From a virus (taxonomy: Duplodnaviria; Caudoviricetes), in the IMG/VR virus record IMGVR_UViG_3300033406_000032, positions 1 through 31,494 of that record: a stretch of 31,494 nt of DNA, one strand, 5' to 3'. Shown in pieces: positions 26,009-31,494 of the stretch. The position numbers were made by a program, and so were the translations under genes. The notes beneath the pieces were generated by a model that was not told where the DNA came from, searched no databases, and was given only the letters and a program-made list of their open reading frames with translations. The stretch's first letter is position 1. Every line of letters begins with the position of its first letter.

Positions 26009-28141
26009 ATGAACTATAAAGTGGAACATGATAAAAATAAACCCTTTGACAAAAAACTGCCAGACGGGACAATCATTCATCGTGAACAAACTGCCATTGT
26101 GACTTTTCTGGATGATGATGGTAAAAAAATCAAAACTGAAGAATATGGTCTATTTGAAGCATCTGAAGTTCTGCAATTGGTAGAAGCTAACAAAGATATC
26201 TCACTTGATTGGTGCTTTGTGGATGATTTGGATTTAAGCGATTGTATTATTAAAACTTTTTCTGCACAAAATGCTTTTTTCGATACCTATATAACATTTC
26301 AAGATGCTATATTCAGCGATATTGCAATCTTTGAAGGTGCTACATTCTGCGATATTGCAATCTTTGGAGGTGCAACATTCCGCGCCGAGGTAAACTTTAG
26401 CAATGTTACTTTCTACGATGGATCATATTTTGGATCCATTTCATTCAACAAACAGGTAGACTTTAGTTATGCTAAATTTAGCGTCGATCAACCCTCTTCT
26501 TGTTTTATTAATACCATCTTTAATCATACTATTTTTAAAGAGGAATCAAACTTTCACCAGGCTTCCTTTTGCAGTGGTACAGACTTTGAATCTGCTACAT
26601 TCAGAAAGCTGGCAAACTTTAAATCTGCTACATTCAGACAGCTGGCAAACTTTAAATCTGCTACATTCAGTGAGGCAAACTTTGAATCTGCTACGTTCAG
26701 AAAGCTGGCAAACTTTAACTCTGCTACGTTCAGAAAGCTGGCATTCTTTAACTCTGCTACGTTCAGAAAGCTGGCATTCTTTAACTCTGCTACGTTCAGA
26801 AAGCTGGCATTCTTTGAATATGCTACGTTCAGTGAGGCAAACTTTGAATCCGCATCCTTCAACAAAATGGCAAACTTTAAATTTGCTACATTCAGAAAGC
26901 TGGCAAACTTTAACTCTGCTACGTTCAGAAAGCTGGCAAACTTTGAATTTGCTACGTTCAGTGAGGCAAACTTTGAATCCGCATCCTTCAACAAAATGGC
27001 AAACTTTAAATTTGCTACATTCAGAAAGCTGGCAAACTTTAAATTTGCTACATTCAGAAAGCTGGCAAACTTTAAATTTGCTACATTCAGACAGCGGGCA
27101 AACTTTAAATATGCTACATTCAGTGCGGCAAACTTTGAATCTGCTACGTTCAGTGTGGCAAGCTTTGGTGACTCGACCTTCAGCATAACGGCAAACTTTA
27201 AATTTGCTGCATTCAAAAAGCAAGCATTCTTCGACTTTTCTATATTTAGCGATACAGTAATTTTTGCAGCGACTAGGTTTGGTGATTCGATATCCTTCGA
27301 ATTAACTATATTTAAAAAGTTGGTATTATTTCAATATATCACATTTAATTATCCAATCTATTTGATAGGAGCACAATGCAATTTATTATATTTTGATTAC
27401 TGTACCTTTGAAAAGGCATTGGATATGCGCGAAGTAAAACTCAATATACTTTTACTAAAAGATACTGATAATTTTGGACACATCTACATTGAGTGGCAAA
27501 AGTCCAATGTAAAAAAGGCAATTCAAAACTATAGTAACGATAAAATAAAGGGCTATCACTGGAACCGGGCAACTCAATTCCGAATGCTCAAAGAAAACTT
27601 CAGAAGTCTGGGGCAGTACGATGATGAAGATGCAGCTTATGTCGCGTATCGCCGGGAAGAAGCTTGGTCCAAATGGCACGGAGAAGGAATAAGCAGCAGA
27701 TATAGAAAAACATGGTATAAAATTACCACCTTGTTACGTTGGCTTTTTAAAGACATGCTAGGTGTTTATGGAACAAGCCCAATAAGAATTTTTTTCTCTT
27801 TGATTATTATCATCGTTCTATTTTGCTTTCTTTATGCATACCTGGGGCTTGAACTCAGCCCCGAACTTCAACTAAAACTTCATATGTCCAAGTTAACCGA
27901 GTCTAAAATTATCCCCGCTTGGATATTTCAGCTTTTGCCATTTTGCGGAATTGGTATTGAAAATTTTGCGTACTGGATTGGGTTATTTTATTTTAGTGCT
28001 ATTACATCCTTCACTGTTGGTTATGGCGATATCGCTGCATCAAATCCAGACGTGGCTATAGCTTCAGCCATTCAAGCGTTTATCGGTGTGGCGCTCATGT
28101 CCTACTTTGTAGTTGCCTTCTCCCACAAAGTGCTACGCTAA
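26009..28141 (+). CDS. Pentapeptide-repeat protein fused to a 2-TM K+ channel pore (Ion_trans_2-like); antisense moron
   Basis: RBS AGGAGG; A.F..A.F repeats; C-terminal TM1, pore helix YFSAITSF, TVGYGD filter and TM2; AT-rich; only long plus-strand gene; stop overlaps the MTase stop. Confidence 0.92.
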   Translation: MNYKVEHDKNKPFDKKLPDGTIIHREQTAIVTFLDDDGKKIKTEEYGLFEASEVLQLVEANKDISLDWCFVDDLDLSDCIIKTFSAQNAFFDTYITFQDAIFSDIAIFEGATFCDIAIFGGATFRAEVNFSNVTFYDGSYFGSISFNKQVDFSYAKFSVDQPSSCFINTIFNHTIFKEESNFHQASFCSGTDFESATFRKLANFKSATFRQLANFKSATFSEANFESATFRKLANFNSATFRKLAFFNSATFRKLAFFNSATFRKLAFFEYATFSEANFESASFNKMANFKFATFRKLANFNSATFRKLANFEFATFSEANFESASFNKMANFKFATFRKLANFKFATFRKLANFKFATFRQRANFKYATFSAANFESATFSVASFGDSTFSITANFKFAAFKKQAFFDFSIFSDTVIFAATRFGDSISFELTIFKKLVLFQYITFNYPIYLIGAQCNLLYFDYCTFEKALDMREVKLNILLLKDTDNFGHIYIEWQKSNVKKAIQNYSNDKIKGYHWNRATQFRMLKENFRSLGQYDDEDAAYVAYRREEAWSKWHGEGISSRYRKTWYKITTLLRWLFKDMLGVYGTSPIRIFFSLIIIIVLFCFLYAYLGLELSPELQLKLHMSKLTESKIIPAWIFQLLPFCGIGIENFAYWIGLFYFSAITSFTVGYGDIAASNPDVAIASAIQAFIGVALMSYFVVAFSHKVLR
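26584..27215 (+). repeat. Coding tandem repeat, about 19 units of 33 nt (some 30 nt)
   Basis: Unit GCTAC(A/G)TTCAGAAAGCTGGCAAACTTTAAAT(C/T)T; higher-order duplication with copies starting at 26822 and 26951. Confidence 0.95.
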
Positions 28142-29367
28142 TTGAATGTCACTCTCGCCCCCGTCGCCTCCTCCCACCGCCTGACAATCACATCGCAATA
28201 CTTCGGATCCAGCTCCACTGCATAACACACCCGCCCCAGTTGCTCAGCTGCAATGACGGTCGTTCCTGATCCACAGAACGGATCCAGAACCAGATCGTCT
28301 TTTTGTGTGCTGTTGCCAATCGCCATCGCCACCAACGCCACCGGTTTCATCGTCGGGTGATCTAGGCTCGCCACTGGTCGGTCAACATTCCATACCGTCG
28401 TCTGCTTACGATCCCCATACCACGAGTGCGCCGCGCCCTCTTTCCAGCCATACAGAATCGGCTCATGCTGCCATTGGTAGTCCTGGCGTCCCATGACGAA
28501 GTGTTGCTTCGCCCAGATAATGCATTGCTTCAAAAGAAAGCCTGCTTCGATCAATGCTGTCCGGAAGTTGATTCCTTCCGTATCCGCATGGCAAACATAA
28601 ATGGCGCCACCGTCTTTGGTGACGGCCGCAGCCGCGGTGAATGCCGCAAGTAGAAAAGCGCGGAAGTCTGCGCCTGACATATTGTCATTGGCAATCTTCA
28701 GCGCTTCTTCTGTCCCACCGGTGTAGTCGACGTTATATGGTGGATCCGTAAACACGGCGTCCGCCATGCGACCATCCATCAACTTCCCCATCACTGCCGG
28801 GTCTGTGCTGTCACCGCAAATCAGCCGGTGCCGCCCCAGTTGGATAATATCACCCGGCTTTGTGACCGGTTCCTGAATATCGGCAACAGCCTGGTCAACA
28901 TCGAATTCATCATCGATAGCAGTCTTGTCTTCAAACTGAGCCAGCAGCTTATCGATGTCTTTGTCCACAAATCCGGTCAATTCGCGATCAAAGTCACTAT
29001 CAAACTCCGCCAGCAGCTGACTCACCGCTTCGTCGTCAATCTCACTGAGCTCGGCGATCCGATTGTCGGCAATCAAGTCGGCCCATTCTTCGGCCTCAGA
29101 CGCATAGTCCTGACGATCGACCGGCACTGCTGCCAACCCTAACTTCTGGGCAGCCAGCAGGCGGCCATGGCCACGAACGATAAAACCAGAGCGGGTGCTT
29201 ACCGTAATCGGTGCACGCCAGCCCTGGTTTTTGATTATCTTGGCCAGAAGTTCTATTTGTTTATCCGGGTGCCGGTTCGGGTTTCGCGGGTTCGGCACCA
29301 GAGTTGTTATGTCGGCTAGTTCGTCGTGGGCGCAGTGGATTGGGATGTTGTTGGTGTTATCGCTCAA
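28138..29367 (-). CDS. ParB/Srx-like domain fused to an amino (N6A/N4C) DNA methyltransferase, beta class, orphan
   Basis: PNPRNPN.H...GHGRL.AA...IADN ParB domain; TDPPYN before DPFCGSG; HPTMKP; start moved to TTG 29367 behind AAGGAGG. Confidence 0.93.
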   Translation of the reverse strand: MSDNTNNIPIHCAHDELADITTLVPNPRNPNRHPDKQIELLAKIIKNQGWRAPITVSTRSGFIVRGHGRLLAAQKLGLAAVPVDRQDYASEAEEWADLIADNRIAELSEIDDEAVSQLLAEFDSDFDRELTGFVDKDIDKLLAQFEDKTAIDDEFDVDQAVADIQEPVTKPGDIIQLGRHRLICGDSTDPAVMGKLMDGRMADAVFTDPPYNVDYTGGTEEALKIANDNMSGADFRAFLLAAFTAAAAVTKDGGAIYVCHADTEGINFRTALIEAGFLLKQCIIWAKQHFVMGRQDYQWQHEPILYGWKEGAAHSWYGDRKQTTVWNVDRPVASLDHPTMKPVALVAMAIGNSTQKDDLVLDPFCGSGTTVIAAEQLGRVCYAVELDPKYCDVIVRRWEEATGARVTFN

Positions 29368-29389
29368 TGCCTTTCCTCCTTCGTTTTGG

Positions 29390-29420
29390 GCATGAAAAAA
29401 CCACCCAAGAGGGGCGGTTT
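29390..29420 (-). terminator. Intrinsic terminator after the protease moron / yoeB remnant
   Basis: AAACCGCCC...GGGTGGTTT stem plus TTTCATGC. Confidence 0.75.
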
Positions 29421-29446
29421 GAATGCTTATGTCACTTATCAAAGGT

Positions 29447-29548
29447 CTATTTATCTCCGTAGTGCCCGCCGCAAATGGCAATTTCTATCGTGTCGGCAGA
29501 GATACAGTAGATTAGTCGGTTTTTAGCGTCAATTTCACGGCTCCAGCC
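29447..29548 (-). pseudogene. yoeB: 3' remnant of a Txe/YoeB-family toxin gene
   Basis: Translates GWSREIDAKNRLIYCISADTIEIAICGGHYGDK*, matching the WSRRI...RL.Y...C.GHY C-terminus of YoeB/Txe; N-terminal half absent. Confidence 0.8.
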
Positions 29549-30695
29549 CATCACCAATTGCGAAACTTTCGAAATAAACAGCATTATAAATCATCTCAAA
29601 GAGAAAGTTATTTATATCTTTGTCAAATTTTCCGGATAAGTTGAGAATAACATTCATAAGTCTAATCAGCGCTTTAGGGTGTGAAAAAAGCTCAATATTA
29701 CTGACAGTGCCTTTTTCCAGTTCTTCCAGCTCTAAAACGGTTTGAATTATTCTTCTCGTTGCTTCTTCGCGGTCAATAGCACGTTCTATGCCTGAACCTA
29801 TTTCAAACCTATTCCTATTAGCATTTATCTCTAAAAAATGCATCATCATAAAGCATTCAAAAGCAATATACGGGGCTAACTTGAGCATCGTCAGCATTGG
29901 ATACGCAATAATATTAGGATTTTTACTAACCTCTATCATCCAGTTAGCTGCTTGTAAATCAGCGTCCAATTCCATTTGTTGGGTTCGAACATACTCTTGA
30001 ATGTTGGATATTTGCCCAAAACAATATTCTTTATTGAGAAAATTTCTATCAAGATGCCCTAAATAAATATGGGCAAATTCGTGCAGTATTATAAACAACT
30101 CGTGTAGAAGTGTTTTGTCAAGTACCACACGATGCTCAATTTTATCTAAGGTATTGGGAAGAATGGACATTTTGGGCGCATAAGCATGATATCTAAAACA
30201 CTTTACTATTTCTTGATATGATTCGATTAATAAGCGTTCCCCTTCAATTTGCAGTTTTTCATCCGATGAGCTCATCAGAGTTCCTGATATGTATTGCGCT
30301 TCGTTATAGTGGGATATAGCTGCTAATAATTGAGTATGTAGGATAACCAAGGGCTTTCCATTTGGACATTTTATCGCACTCGCATTAATCCTGTATGTTG
30401 GAAGAAACCCTACAACAACATTTTCCAACCTCACTTTAACCTCAGCAGGTAGCAATTCCAATATTGGATCTATCAAATCTTCCTTATAAAAATTCTCCAT
30501 GAACACCATTGGCGTAGATTGACTAAGCGAATTGAGGATTGCATCTATCGACTTATCGGATAATTTTAATTGATCTTTTCTGTAATTTATTATGTCTCCG
30601 ACATCTCCAAGTGTCATATGGTTAAAGTTTGATTGCAAGCTTCTTAAATAATCAAGTTCTGCACTTTGTGCATATTGGCTAGTATAATTTTCCAC
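29535..30695 (-). CDS. Moron: HEXXH zinc metalloprotease, M48/Lit (U49)-like
   Basis: INASA, FIILHEFAHIYLGH, ELDAD and SHP....R motifs; GTG start behind GGAGGAGGTG; AT-rich; no signal peptide. Confidence 0.8.
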   Translation of the reverse strand: MENYTSQYAQSAELDYLRSLQSNFNHMTLGDVGDIINYRKDQLKLSDKSIDAILNSLSQSTPMVFMENFYKEDLIDPILELLPAEVKVRLENVVVGFLPTYRINASAIKCPNGKPLVILHTQLLAAISHYNEAQYISGTLMSSSDEKLQIEGERLLIESYQEIVKCFRYHAYAPKMSILPNTLDKIEHRVVLDKTLLHELFIILHEFAHIYLGHLDRNFLNKEYCFGQISNIQEYVRTQQMELDADLQAANWMIEVSKNPNIIAYPMLTMLKLAPYIAFECFMMMHFLEINANRNRFEIGSGIERAIDREEATRRIIQTVLELEELEKGTVSNIELFSHPKALIRLMNVILNLSGKFDKDINNFLFEMIYNAVYFESFAIGDGLEP

Positions 30696-30716
30696 GTACC
30701 CACCTCCTCCGGCCCC

Positions 30717-30725
30717 ATTATATCA
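30717..30725 (-). promoter_or_regulatory. Extended -10 promoter for the protease moron
   Basis: TGaTATAAT about 21 nt upstream of the start codon; no good -35. Confidence 0.65.
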
Positions 30726-30741
30726 CCCGGGACATGTCCAA

Positions 30742-30774
30742 GCATAAGAAAAGCCGCCTCGATTTCGAAGCGGC
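30742..30774 (-). terminator. Intrinsic terminator just downstream of the putative late promoter
   Basis: GCCGCTTCGA-aa-TCGAGGCGGC followed by TTTTCTTATGC. Confidence 0.8.
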
Positions 30775-30798
30775 CTGTTTGAAAAATTCCACGGTTTT

Positions 30799-30842
30799 AT
30801 AATAACACACTTTTTGCGGTTTTTACTCTCACGAAACTATCA
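30799..30842 (-). promoter_or_regulatory. Putative activator-dependent late promoter
   Basis: Direct repeats TGATAGT / TGAGAGT 11 bp apart at the 3' end of the activator gene in place of a -35, then TGtTATTAT extended -10. Confidence 0.55.
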
Positions 30843-31332
30843 TTTTTTTATGGAATCGCGATGGCAAAACATCAACCAAGAACATCAACGCATTATTCAA
30901 CGTCCTATAAAACGTGGCCGGAGTGCAAAACAGTTCCCCATATATTTTCTCATCCGGCACCGTCTTTTTCCTGAACTTCGCATAAATAATATCTTTGCCC
31001 AGTTGCCCCCACCGCTCATCAGCAACCATTCTTTCAAGTGTCGCCTCATAGTCTGTTACGTCGCGATTGTACTCTGCACGCAAAATCAATAAATAGTCCA
31101 GTCGCTCCTGCGACCCGCTATAGCCTTCTTCCGCCAAAGCGCCTAGCTCTGTTGGGTAACTGATGTTTGAATTAGAACAATACACCCTGTCGTATTGAGT
31201 TGCCTTCACTCGCCCCTTTGAAAGCTGGTGTTCGATCAACTCGATATCTCTATCAAGATTTTCGATGGCCCACTCCACCCGATTCAACCCATACAGCCAA
31301 GTCGATACCGCCGTCCTCTGCTCTGGAGTCAT
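30829..31332 (-). CDS. ArpU/RinA-family late transcriptional regulator
   Basis: 167 aa; C-terminal sigma-region-4-like HTH (DEKIYGELFCTPATFYR..NNAL..L..VL); canonical position ahead of the packaging module. Confidence 0.78.
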   Translation of the reverse strand: MTPEQRTAVSTWLYGLNRVEWAIENLDRDIELIEHQLSKGRVKATQYDRVYCSNSNISYPTELGALAEEGYSGSQERLDYLLILRAEYNRDVTDYEATLERMVADERWGQLGKDIIYAKFRKKTVPDEKIYGELFCTPATFYRTLNNALMFLVDVLPSRFHKKMIVS

Positions 31333-31383
31333 CTACCCGCTCCCTCCCCACAAGTTCTTTATCACACGCGAATGCCCAGCTGA

Positions 31384-31494
31384 CTATTTGCCGAGCTGGA
31401 CGTTCGCTTTTTTCTTCAATTCACTTCGCCAGGCATTTCTTTGTTCAATAGCTTTCTGGCGCTTTAGGTCCGTATCAATGTTTTCGACGATTCC
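31384..31494 (-). CDS. 3' end of an upstream hypothetical gene (truncated by the window edge)
   Basis: Open frame GIVENIDTDLKRQKAIEQRNAWRSELKKKANVQLGK* running in from the window edge. Confidence 0.5.
   Translation of the reverse strand, partial: GIVENIDTDLKRQKAIEQRNAWRSELKKKANVQLGK

Larger units (their letters stand above)
1..31494 (-). mobile_element. Temperate siphophage/prophage late (packaging, head, tail) region; both ends lie outside the window
   Basis: Contiguous co-oriented terminase-portal-head-connector-tail tube-TMP-tail tip gene order; no sheath gene; no att site, integrase or lysis genes visible. Confidence 0.97.

Noticed and set aside
26584-27215. CRISPR-like array
   Set aside because: Units are contiguous with no unique spacers, frame-preserving and inside a CDS; no cas genes present
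26469-27223. Three overlapping 220-239 aa ORFs in alternative frames
   Set aside because: By-product of a stop-free repeat unit; they begin and end with the array and lack RBSs
29368-29481. N-terminal extension of the methyltransferase ORF
   Set aside because: Runs through a terminator and the yoeB remnant; the strong RBS is at TTG 29367

Overview
The whole window is the late region of a temperate siphophage/prophage, read almost entirely on the minus strand from right to left. The order is: ArpU/RinA-like late activator, ParB-fused DNA methyltransferase, small ORF, TerS, TerL, portal, MuF head protein, scaffold, decoration protein, major capsid, connectors, tail tube, tail chaperone with -1 frameshift, tape measure, three related tail proteins, Dit-like protein, hub, tail tip and a short fibre. 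Regulatory signals are Firmicute-type (AGGAGG RBS, sigma-A promoters, a Gram-positive LexA box), while the tail tip resembles phages of Gram-negative hosts, which suggests a diderm Firmicute (Negativicutes) host (inference). Accessory cargo is inserted at four places: an exported-protein moron after the tape measure, a MuF C-terminal toxin plus immunity pair, an antisense pentapeptide-repeat/K+-channel gene with a recently expanded repeat array, and a Lit/M48-like HEXXH protease sitting on the remnant of a yoeB/txe toxin gene. The most unusual element is the ~600 bp at and upstream of terS. It holds a promoter- and terminator-bounded structured ~110-nt RNA, a perfect SOS box, a small gene, a start-stop minigene, and three 22-bp-phased palindromes inside terS (candidate pac). 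All family assignments come from motif recognition by eye; no searches were run.
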